The position numbers were made by a program, and so were the translations under genes. Below, in pieces: positions 1-12,200 of a stretch of 64,000 nucleotides of DNA; the first letter of the stretch is position 1; each line of letters opens with the position of its first letter. A model generated the notes under the pieces. The model ran no database searches, had not been told where the DNA came from, and worked only from the letters and a program-made list of their open reading frames with translations. Source of the stretch: Ophelia neglecta (taxonomy: Eukaryota); contig OZ260667.1 in NCBI GenBank assembly GCA_965285935.1, forward strand, positions 29,512,001-29,576,000, read 5' to 3'.

Positions 1-589
1 GCTTTGTCGTAGTGCAGAATACCGTAAGATGAGGGGAGAGTGGTCTTCTAAGCTTGTGTACAGGCCTACTCTATAACTGGAGTACTATCTTAATGTAACT
101 ACACTGATGGCAGAGACTCTGGTGCAGCACTACTGTACATAGAATCCTCAATATGTCTAGTATAACTTATTGACGGCTATATATATTTACAATTTGTTAG
201 TAGAAAGTCCCAGTACATTGACCAGGGGAGTTAGCCATCGACTAATTAATTAACAAAATGAAAGATTTACTACAATTGCAAATAATAGCAGCATTTCTCA
301 GCGAGGTGAACGACGATAAATAATAATGGATCTACTCAAGAATGGCTGCTTTCAATTTATATTGCTGCAACAATAAATGTAGATTTCTAAGAAAGAATGT
401 ATGGAACAGCAAAGACGATGCAGGTTGTTGAGACGCATGTGGCAAATAGTTTTGTTGAATATAATTTTCCGTCATTCAGTCAGGAGTAGAAGACTTGTCC
501 TTTCACCTGGTTGTGAGCCTGGGATCTTGTTTCAACAGAGGTACACCTTGGCAGGCGAGCAAAGACAAGGGTCGAGGAGGTAGCCTCAC

Positions 590-652
590 AACTCGGCACT
601 GATGCCTTGTACTTGTAGTAGATACAGGGCGGGTGAGAGGGGCTCCCGCCGC
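590..652 (-). CDS. Candidate 63-nt phase 0-0 exon for the M3-M4 intracellular loop (AAGAPLTRPVSTTSTRHQCRV)
   Basis: gtgcttctag| acceptor, |gtgagg donor, open in phase 0, locally GC-rich; no homology support because this loop is poorly conserved. Confidence 0.3.
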
Positions 653-2830
653 CTAGAAGCACGTAACTGTACCGACCGTATGCTGACCCAAAGAGAAACG
701 CGCAGGGAAGGTGTCAACTTTTCGGCCGACTCTAAACGTGGACAGGACAGAAACACTACAATGCTTGTGATAGGCATATGGTACAGTAACAAGTAAAGAA
801 CCTGCAGTAGTACCTTTCGATGTCCAAGCAATGGTACGCGCCTTGCAAAGGCAATGTATATATATAAATGAATATATTTGGTAATATATGAGCATGCCTG
901 GCATAATTATGTATAGTATAGGCAGGTCTGTTAATCTTGTTCCTGTGAAAGAGAGGTCTCGGTGCGCTTATCGACTTAATGCACAGTGGTAAGCCATGTC
1001 ACCGAAATTAATACGCTCACAAAGGGCCGTATATAGAGTGGAATTGACCTTAACATCGTATTTCGGTTGTTATTGTTCATTAAATACACGCGTTGTGTGA
1101 ATGAGCGTTCTTAAGTTTGACCGGATGAATGACATACATTTCTTGTTGGTTCCTTTAAAGCTGGCAAAATTCAACAGTTTGTTTGAACACATGAAAGAAC
1201 ACAACTTGTCCTCTTGTTTTGTGCAATGAACTGATTTGTCAATGTGATAAAACCTGTACTGACAAAATGAATGACACACTCGGAATAATTCAAAGTCTAG
1301 ATGCTAAGGTGACGTGTGCAAAAGGGTTTTTTTCTAACAAAAAAGCAAACTGTGGTGAAAAAAGAAGAAAGCTTTTAAAGACATTTTATGAAAGATAAGA
1401 CTAGGATAGTGCACCAGAAATACAAGTAGGACCAGAAGATACATGCAGTCTCAAGTTGTCAAAGTACGAAAAAAGGCGACAAGGAGATTAAGTTATGATC
1501 AGGGTGACAACATTGAGCTATTGACGTGATAGCACAAAGCAGGGTTTGTAGGCCAATCTTCATTTTGTGTTATATCAGGCGATTTTATACAGAAAATGAG
1601 AACAATAAGAGGTAAAGAGGTTAACGAGTTGAAAGTTGAGAAATGGTCATTATTCACAATAGGGTGGAGCTGAAATTGTTGATGAGGATTTTTAATAATT
1701 GAAATGTCATTGCACAAAGAAGCCAATTATTAAATATAAAATCCGGATGCATACAATTAACAAAACTCTAGGCCTTTAGACCATTCCATTCAAGCATTAG
1801 TAAGAGGTTTGATCGCGCGATAAGGGCTCACCAATTAAACATAAATATCAGACGATTTCCTCATTTCTGATCATTTTTACGAAATGTGTTTCATAATTCT
1901 TATCACTTTATAATTAACTTTCCGCATTAATCAATTTTATATATTTTTTTTTTTCAATAAATTCTTTTTGAAGTCCTAACTCAAATTCTTTTACAGTAAG
2001 TGGGTGGTCCAATAGGCCTCGGTGAAGGTTACATTCATTATCCGGCAATTGACATTTTGTGTTTTAGACGCCTATCCTTCCAGATATTTATACCGACTGG
2101 CGTTATGGTTCTTAATTCCTCCGGTTACACGGGACATGTGACCTTTCCAAAAGGCCTCTGTCATTTCGTAAAACATATGTGCAGTACTCTATGTCTACAG
2201 TGATGGCCTACTTTGTGACAACGGTAATATTGCCGTTAACGTAAAACTGATTGCAATGACTTTTAACTCTGTGTTCAAACACACTGCAAAAAACCCAACA
2301 GTGAAAAGTTTGAAACAGAAAGAATCATCATAACATGCCCAAGGATAAACTGAGATTCGAAGTGAAGCAATTGTGAGATTGATTATGACCGAACCGGTTG
2401 CTTACTGTCTCTCTCAAGGAGGAATTTTGTCGTTTCTTATGTGAAATAATATTATTGAAGAAACAATAGACCGGGACAAATTGGCACGTGTGAATGTGTC
2501 TTGGACATTCATGGTTCTCATGTGAGAGGGTTCTAGTTATTTGATGGTAAATGGGTGGAAGCGGCCATGTCAGTTTTTTTAAGGCCTTTACGTTATTCCA
2601 AACTGCCTGACAATCTGACCGCACCCCACGAAATCTCTGTCGACCGAACCCAAAGCACCCCCTCCCTGACCGCGCATACTGATAGTCGGAAATGGATAAT
2701 ATGTAGACGATGATGTTCTTTCTGTTTCATAGCTTTTCCGGTGGTTTCTTTCTTGAATTCCTTAGTGGCTATGACGCATTGTGCGGGGTGTGCTTGGTGG
2801 CCTCTGCGCCGACTTCACTCTGGGGTATAC

Positions 2831-3219
2831 CTGTTCGAGCGCCCAGCCGCCGGGCTCGGGTATATGTAGCCGCCTCCGGGCAGGGTTATCCACTCGAATA
2901 CTGCGCCTGGATATAACATTGACGATAGCGAACTCGAGCAGCCCAACAAAGACAAAGAAGAGGCAGACGATCATCCAGACGTCGATGGCCTTGATGTAGG
3001 ACACCCTTGGGAGGGCCTTGTTGGCCCCAGAGGTCTGGGTTGTCATTGTCAGCACAGTGAGTAAGCCAATCGACACCCGCGCGGGAATTGCGTCTATGTT
3101 CAGCCAAAACGATACCCATGATAGGATGACGATCAGAATGCTAGGGATGTACACTTGGATAAGGAAGAAACCGATGGAGCGCTCCAGTACGAAACGGATC
3201 TCCTGGCAGGGAAATGCTC
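2831..3219 (-). CDS. Alternative exon 7D: loop C end + M1-M3 + loop start
   Basis: tctccaccacacag|GA GCA ... CTC GAA CAG|gtatac, 389 nt, phase 1-0; M2 = [23 protein letters not shown]. Confidence 0.92.
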
Positions 3220-6200
3220 CTGTGTGGTGGAGAGAATAGACATTAAAGCACATGGGCACGCTTAATTTTATTATTTTGTTTACGGCTCTGAGGGTTCGAT
3301 TGTGTGGACACATATCCAAGGTTTCTTGTAATCTATTCCAGACGTCGGCTGCAGCTGAGCAAAGAGTAAATGGTGCACATCAGTAAAGCAAGACACCTAG
3401 ATCTACATGTTCGGGTTGACCATTCTGACAAGGACCACAAATGGAAAAGCTAGAATTAATCAGAATGAACTGAACATATACTTATATTGGGACTGTCCTA
3501 TATTCTTCCACAGTGTCATGATCCTTTGTTCGACAAAATGAGTAAGTTTCAGCAATCCTCCTCTTGTCTTTCTGCTCGCCGACTGTTTATACAAGCGCTG
3601 ACAGGGTATAAACGGCTTCCTTTTTTCTACTGATGGCTCTGCAGGAAATTCAATGAACTAATAGTCGGCTATTACATGGATGGCCTGCTGTAGCGTTCGT
3701 TTCGCGAAGTCTATGAGCTCGATGAGATTCGGCGAGCCTAGATAAGCGTCGTGTGAAATGTCAAGAGTTTGGTGAATGATAATGGAGGAGTCACTTTTAA
3801 TTATGACATGGACATATCAGCGGCGGCGGTGTGAAGCATCTTTACTCAACACTATAAACAATAAGTCGGCAAGGCATATATTTAACACACGGCTTACAAG
3901 CTAATTGAAGATTAAGCATCGAATTACTTGAGGTAACATGGTATCTCTAAAGCACTGCAAAAGCAGAAACAATATGACAATGGAAATAACGTTTAACAGT
4001 CAAAAAGCCACAGTACAGACGCAGGGTCCAACCGACGGGTAACTAAAAAAAAATACAAATTCCTTTATTGACTATCTTAGATGTCTTTAAGTTGATTGAC
4101 TACGTCAAATAAATGCATCTCACATTTGATAAATCTTCCCCTATAACGTCAGAAGGAACATTTACCGGAGTGGAGCTTGGTCGTAAAGACTTGGCATTTT
4201 AACAGATGGCAGAAAAAGCAGAAGCAAATAGAGAAAGAGACAAGGTTAGCAAGGTTGTATCGGGGAAATATATTTATGCAAACCATTATTCGTATGTGTC
4301 TACTGAAGTGTGTTTTGTGGGATTTCTGAATTCTTTAGCATAATTCAAATTGAAATTATGAGTTTCCTGAAAAACATACACGGCGACTGCTATTTTGGTG
4401 TCAACAAATGGCGACTGACGCTTCATCGTCGATTTAATGTGCAAAGTCACCTGATATGTAAATGGTGCAAGAGAAAAGAAATTCTCCATTAGCTACCTGC
4501 TCCATCTGGAGGTGGCCGTCCATGTCCAGCTTCTGCACGGGCGGGGTCGGACGGCGTACCGTGCTCCCCGTGCGCACGCCTTTCCGAGATATCACATTGA
4601 CCAGGGCGAACTCGAGCAGCGAGGCAAAGACGAAAGACAGGCAGACAGACATCCACACGTCGATCGCCTTGATATAGGAGACTCGGGGCAGGGAGGCGTT
4701 CGCCCCCGAGATCTGGGTAGTTGTGGTCAAGACTGTCAACAGACCCAGTGTGACACGCGCCGGTATAGCATCTATGTTTAACCAGAACGAGACCCAGGAC
4801 AGTATCACTATAAGAACACTTGGTACATACACTTGGATGAGGAAATATCCAATTGAGCGCTGTAGGACGAAACGTATCTCCAGACACGGGAATGCGCCTG
4901 TATGGAAAGAGGTAATGGTTTTATCATACTACTTCGGTTAAGACTTACCCCACTGGCTACTACTTCCTGGTGACTGAATGCCAACACGAAAAAATGTCTG
5001 TTTCGGTGCCGAGAGATAACGGTGATAGCGACATGGCTGAATGCATAGAGTTGTCTTTCCATACGGATGTTTTTGGGGGTATAGCCCTTAACTTTTTATA
5101 TCTTTGTGCCACTTATTGATAAAGGCATAACGTGTCGGTGGTCGGATCGTCTTTTCGCCGCGCCAAGGGGGTCGAGACACAATATTGCAGTACATATTAA
5201 GAGCATGCAACAAATGGGATAATTTCACACGTTTTTCTGAAAACAAACGCTTCACTACAAATCAAATAATTACTTTTCACAACATTCACACTTTGTGCAT
5301 GAAACTTATATGTGGGTAATACTGAGGGAACATGGAGAGATGTTGCACAACATTTGCGGACCAACTGCTCAATACAAGAGTTCAAGATGTGATCGACCAG
5401 ATGATCTGCTTCAAGATTCAGTTATCTTTTTATTTATTTTGTATGTGAATTCTTCGTGGATGTATTAATTAGTCATGGGAACAAGGCCAACCTGCACCAA
5501 CTTTGTACTAATGAACGAAAATTCTAGGGACTGAAATAGAAAAAGGTCGACGTTGTTTATATAGGTCTATATATATAAATATATATGTATATATATAAAT
5601 ATATATATATATGTATAATTCTAAATATTCGGGTCAAAGAGGAAAAGAGTAAGCGATAGAAGAGTGCATAAATGCATTTCCCCAGCAATGAAGCGGTAGC
5701 AGAAGCGAGATACAGCATTAAGTAAAGATGTTACGGGTGTGACGACTCTCTCCATTGAAGGGACATGCCCAATCGGCGATATCTAGAATTACCAATGAAC
5801 TAGTGAATTGAACAAATACTTGAGAATGATCATAGAAATTTTGACCGGGTGGCGATAATGCCAAATTACTGGGCCTTACTAAGGTGTAGAGAGAGAGTGC
5901 ATGTACTGATATAATAAAAATACAATTGGGTATAGCCTACAACTGGACGAGTATGTACCACTGGGTGCAGTGCATCACACTTACACCAAGTGCACACCGT
6001 ATGTTATGTGGAAGTGACGTAATACCTGCTCCATCTGCGCGTGGCCTTCTGCATCCAGCTTCTGTACTGGCGGCGGTGGGCGGCGCACTGGATTTACGGT
6101 GCGCACGCCCTTCCTCGATATCACATTGACGACAGCAAATTCGAGGAGGCTTACGAATACGAATACTAGGCAGACAGACATCCACACGTCGATGGCCTTG

Positions 6201-9200
6201 ATATAGGAGACTCGGGGCAGGGAGGAGTTGGCACCGGAAATCTGGGTGGTTGTGGTAAGAACGGTGAGTAGCCCCAGTGTGACCCGCGCCGGGATTGCGT
6301 CTATGTTTAACCAGAAAGACACCCAAGACAGGATGACGATCAGAATCGAGGGAACATAGATCTGAATCAGGAAGAATCCAATTTCGCGCCTCAGCACAAA
6401 GCGTATATCCAGGCAGGGGAAGGCTCCTGTTGAGGGGAGATATGGCAGAAGTGAGAAAGTAAGGATACGTATCAAACAAAAGGCACCATGCTCGGCAAAC
6501 CAGGGAATGCTGCTGGCATCTTTGTCGTCGTTGTCGTCACGTCATCAACTTGGCTATACATAGGATGGCGCCTCTGAGTTCCGAGTGGAATGACATGTTG
6601 ATGGGAGAGAGGCGGATTCCTATATTATAATATTCAAAATGTGATTAGCAAACGAGCATGCGTTGTCCCCAGACGCCCTTACCGCTCCGTGCGCATGACC
6701 AAAGTTCCAGGCGCAGTCTCGTAACGCGTTTCGCTAGCACGTGATCGTACGAGTCTGGTGTGAGACGTGCATATTACTATGAATGAGTGCAGCAAGGCGG
6801 ATGGTAGATGGATGCGCCAAACAATGAAGAACCACCGTATAATTGAAGGCGCGCTCACCATCGACAATAATGATGACACAAATGTAAAGGTTACTACGTG
6901 ACTACTTAGTGAATGGTGATCTCTATGTTAGATGGCACCAGCAACATATCGCTAGAGAGACCTGGCACCATAATAAGATTCCTATGAAACTAGGCCTACG
7001 TGATGTCTAAAGGAATATGTGCCGAAGCCAGAAGACAAGAACTCGAAAAATGAGGATAATGTGTTGAGGAAAGTCAAACTAAACTATGACATGAACCGAC
7101 GCCACACGAACGAAGACTTGACAGATAAATGGGTCATGTATTGAATGAGTTATCACTCCTTTACTCCAAGAAACCATGGAAAAGATGGACAAGAATAAGC
7201 ATTGGGTTTGGCAGATGCGATATATGCATTAAAGATTTAGAAGCTTAGCAAACAGGCGATAATAGTTTCGAATGGCCATAATTTAGAAGAAGCGTAGTGT
7301 GAGTAGAAGCGTTATAATATTGCACATATGAACATTTGTACACCTTGTGAGGAGATGTTAAAAAAACGTCCAAAAGCGTTCATCTACTGTAACACAAGTA
7401 AAGACATTTTTATTCGCAAACAAACGATTTACTCCTTAATGTTAATGTATTGTTGGCAAAAGACATTTCTCCGGAAATGGCTGCGGGGAGGGGAGGGAGG
7501 GGGATGAATTATTTATTGTTTAAGATGTAGAATAAGCTGTGTACATTTTGTCAGCGAACATAAAACATGTTGTAACACAGGTACAAAAAGCCACAAACCT
7601 TTAAGCTCAGCTACGATTAAACAGGTACTATACACTTTTGGTAATTACAACATACAACATGTAAAAGACGTAACAATTAATGACAGGGAGGGCAAGCCAA
7701 ATACTGGGAATGGGAAGGGTTTAGGGGTAAACATTTACGATGGTGGAGGTGAGCCCGACTTACACATAGCTGAACATACAATTCAAATAACCGCCAATAG
7801 TTTAGTCTGTCACCGATGTTAATGGGTAGACATAAAATGTTTAACGAGTAAGCAAAGACATAGGCATAAGCTGGGAAATGTGACAGATCTAAAGAAATAG
7901 CATGGCGGGTATACTGAAAGTAGGTAACAGCAATAGTAACAGGGCAGTGGGACATGGGAAACAAGGTAGAGGACGCGCATAGCATCAGTGCTAAGGGGAT
8001 GAGTCAAATATTTGTTCGGAAGCAGCGGAGTTACACAAAACTTTTTGTAAGCCAGAATACTCAAACGCACCCCATTTCCAGAACTGTGGTACTCAACAGG
8101 TTAAATTTGAAACCGATGTCAACACGGTTAATCAGTCAAACTAGCAGACTTGGTAGTGATTAGTGATTACTAGGAGCCACGACAAAAGTAGCACCAGCTG
8201 TATGTGCACTTATCAGACATGCGCAGAACATAGCCATACCTTATTAGGTAAAAAGGGTGCACGTCAATCTGGCCCAATATTGGTCAGTTGGGAGACAGTA
8301 TATTTTGTGGTGTATGAAATACCTGCTCCATTAGATTTCCTCGTCTGGCAAGTAGTTTTCGTTTTTGGTTTCTCCGTTTCAATGGGTTTATTGGACGGAT
8401 CCCCTTTCTTGATATCACATTCACTAAGGCGAACTCCACGAGGGCGGCAAAGACGAAGATGAGACACATAGATATCCAGACATCTATGGCTTTAATGTAA
8501 GACACTCGAGGCATGGATGCGTTTGCGTTAGCGCTCTGTGTGGTCATGGTAAGTACCGTGAGGAGCCCGAGCGACACGCGGGCAGGAATTGCGTCTATAT
8601 TCAGCCAGAACGACACCCATGATAGGATGACGATCAAAATGGTAGGGATGTAGATTTGGATCAGATAGTAGCCGACGCTTCGGTGGAATTTAAAGTCGAT
8701 CTTTAAGCAGGAAAAGGATCCTGTCGATGGCAAAAGAAAAGTTTAAAAGGAGTGCTTGAACCGTCCATCCGGTACGTATGTATTCTGTCAGTGTAGCACG
8801 CGCCGAAAACTGCTATCACAGTTTCCCTACCAACAGTAAGTATACCAAACTAAATAGTATCACGATAGAAAGCTTTTGGATTGGCACATTATTATAATAG
8901 TCTCTGACGAACTACTTTCTGTTGCCCCCAGTATTGGAATGAATCATAGTTAATAGAAATACCAAGGTTGTTGACAGAAGACAAAATACCAATGGACGGC
9001 TTAATGTGTCTGTAAAATAGTTAGGAACAAAAATAGGGAAGTTTGCCATTTTTACATGCTATTGCCGTATCAAATGATTTCTACAGAGATAACACTGCCA
9101 TGCATGTACTGTAAACATGTATATGAATGTGTCGTACGACTTCATGCGCAAGGAGAGATGTAAAACGGATCGCTCACAAGAAAGCATTAAGCTATTTTAA

Positions 9201-12200
9201 TCCAGCATTCCAACGAAAAAAAACCTAATAGTTTTAGAAACAGAAGCAAATTCTGTCAATTCAGAATCTATATGTCGCGATAAAATGGCAAAGCTCCCTA
9301 AAATTGTTCAATACAAGATTTCTTTGCGTAAACGAGAAGGTTCGTCTGTAATGACAAAAAAGACGAAATTGATCGTCGACCAAGAAGTGGTTGATATCGT
9401 TACCAAATTCGCGTAGATATATTTTTTTGAAAAATATAATATCGCGTCAGAGCTCCCCACCCCCGACCCTACCCCCAGGCTAAACTATGTTGTTCCGAAC
9501 TCACTTCCAATCGACGATGTCTGTAAAGGGGTCACTATGCATAAAAGTCAGCAAGTTAATTAAGTATTAGCCAAAACATAATATGAAATCGAGGCACAAT
9601 TCTCGTGCACATATACCAAAATTCAAGGCGTCGGTGCCATCGAAAACGTGATCAGTATAACAAGCGTGTGAGCATAACGTTACACAAAAATATCTAGACA
9701 GGAATAATAGTATTGATATCAGAAGGCGATATAAATCATCGGCAAAGGAGAGCAACCTGAAGCGGAAATAACACCGGGCGGTTGAAGCACAGTATGGAAC
9801 CGTCTCATTAGATCATTGGAAATGCGACATTAATGAAACGAGGAAATAACAAATGTTAAGACTAAATTAGGATTTCAACGATATGTCAATTTGGTCTATT
9901 GATTTACGAAAGTTTATCGATAAAATCATTATAAAATCAGTGAAGTGATCGTCCATATTAGGTGATATTGTGAAAGATATATAATAGGAAGCTGTCGTGC
10001 AGACGTCATGTTACTTGGCTTTTATCAAGGAGAAGAAACACATGTCCAACCTGCAGTATAGTTTTGTGAGCAGTCGTAGAGAATTTTGTCCTGCAAACTA
10101 AACTGTGGCAACTGTAGTTCCGCATCGATTTGTACGGGATCTTCCAACCACGCAAAATACATTGTGTCCATGGTATAACCGACTGCAAGATACAATACAG
10201 CAAATATGGAGCTAGTTGCAAATATGCAGCATTGAGCCTAGCTATAACTAGCTAGTGACTGTAGACTGGCCAAGCCAGTGGTTTTATGAGGCAGACCAAT
10301 CTTAGTAGATTTTATCCGGACAAAATGGTCCAGTAAGAATGGTGTCGGACTTATATGGTTCCAGACATAAGGGTCCCAGGCGGGAAGGCGGAGATAAAGG
10401 TCGCATTAGTATAAAACATTTATTCAAATATTTAAACAAAATTTCAATGCACCCCTAATGTGCTCATTTTGTACTTGCAACATTTTATATTTTCTGACGG
10501 GACTATTATGTCCGGGACAGTTATGCCCGGGACTATCTTGTCTGTGACCATTTTGTCCCGGACTCCCCCATACCATATCCAGTAGAGATCTTTGTTGGGA
10601 CTAATTTTGAGTCCATTTACATCACGCGAATCATAAAAACTAACGTTATATTCATGCTGATATGTGTCTTTTGATTAGCAATAATTTCTGTTTAATATAT
10701 ATTAGCGTAGGTAATTATAAACGATAGTATCATATAGAGGAAAACTCTTGAACACGTCTGGATTATCTCTAGGCCAGAGGAGTCGTATGAGAGTTGAATA
10801 AAATGACACCTTAGATAAAAAAGTAAATAATTACTTACAGCTTTCAAACATCATTGGACATGTTTGGGTGTCCAACGGATATTTCTGTAACATCATAGGG
10901 CAAGATAAAGTGGCTGAAATTCTGGAAAAGGATAGGGATGCATAGTTTGTACCCATCTTATACAGTCAGTGATATATCTGTAATTTTTTATCATGCGAAA
11001 TAATAATTATTGTTCAAATTTTCTTTTATTTCACAACCAATTAAAAAAAATCATTTTGTTTGCAGAAAAAAGCACAAACATGCAGGCGATAGATACTTTT
11101 ACACAAGTGAGGTAAGAACATACGTCAAATCAAAGTTAATATTGGTTCAATGTGGCCTAATAAACTCATTCATAAACAATTACATTAGAATTTGGTAACT
11201 TTCCCTATGCCCTAGAGCAAATCCTTCAGCAATATAGCCCAATCGAAAACCTCCAAGGAATGGCAATTAATCGATTTGATAACCCTTGGTACAGTTTTCT
11301 TTTATATATTCGATTAAAGTGTGTAAATTCTTGATGTATACATGGAGCTAGTGAGGGAGGCATCATGCAGTCACAGTCCTAATCACGAGGAAGTGTGTAC
11401 TCCTAGTGATATATGCTTATTTGTTTTAATGATTCAATATGAAGGCGGCTCAGCCAGGGCCCAGAACTCGTGGTCTTGCGGCGATAAGCAATGTGTTTAT
11501 CGCGGCCAAGACTATGTCCTAATTAATTGTTAATTATAACAATGGGGTATACATTTTTTTCAACAATAATACCATGAACATTACTTTTTCCATAGTTCCT
11601 AATTCACTAGTTATTGCATTTAGGTTAGTTAAGGTCATTCCTTATTTCAAACAAGCAGTATAACAAGCTTCTTTAAATCACATTGGGGGAGCAGATGAAG
11701 GGAGCAGGTGAGGCATTAATTCATACTTACTTTGTCACATACCAAAGATGACCAGAGGAATTTAATCGTAAGAGCCTATTATCAACTGTTACGTCATGGA
11801 AGCTGGCTCTCTTTTCGTTCCGAAAGAAAGTATCCGGAATCCATATTTTTTCCCAGCCGTCATCACCGAGCCGAACTTGTTTAGTCTTTCCTTGCGTAAA
11901 GTTGAATTGGAGACGAGGGTCTCTCCATGCTTGACGCAAATACATGCTGACTGAGTAGTCCTGTTAGTAAAAAGCACATCAACTCAAATTCATGCGTATT
12001 AGTTGGTAAGATTGTGTGCTGGGTTAAACACTTACTTCGTGACGTACCAAACTCTGCCTGTAGAATCGAGAGACATTAATCTGTTTGCTACAGTGATATC
12101 ATGAAAGGCCGCCCGTTTTTCATTACGAAAAAACGTGTCTGGTATCCACAGTCTATTCCATATCCCATCTCCTAACTTGAGCTTTTTTCCTAAGTTCGGT

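Noticed and set aside
1-2830. M4-encoding terminal exon
   Set aside because: No hydrophobic D..SR..FP..F..FN..YW segment found; the YW-containing frames near 210 and 2010 are not M4-like. The exon probably lies outside the window.
3284-3354. 71-nt candidate exon upstream of 7D
   Set aside because: Weak donor (gtaaac) and phase 0-2 fits no neighbouring exon.
2710-6479. Antisense and alternate-frame ORFs overlapping exons 7B-7D
   Set aside because: Shadows of GC-rich coding exons; they recur only because the exons are homologous.
2831-8720. Four separate tandem channel genes, pseudo-exons, or an assembly duplication
   Set aside because: No extracellular-domain or M4 exons found between copies; all copies are intact with conserved splice phases; copies and their flanking introns are too divergent for an assembly artefact.
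2762-8733. ORF-track N- and C-terminal extensions of the M1-M3 ORFs (e.g. MDMCPHN..., VYPRVKSAQ..., [12 protein letters not shown])
   Set aside because: Intronic read-through beyond the splice sites; homology among copies stops exactly at the AG and GT boundaries.
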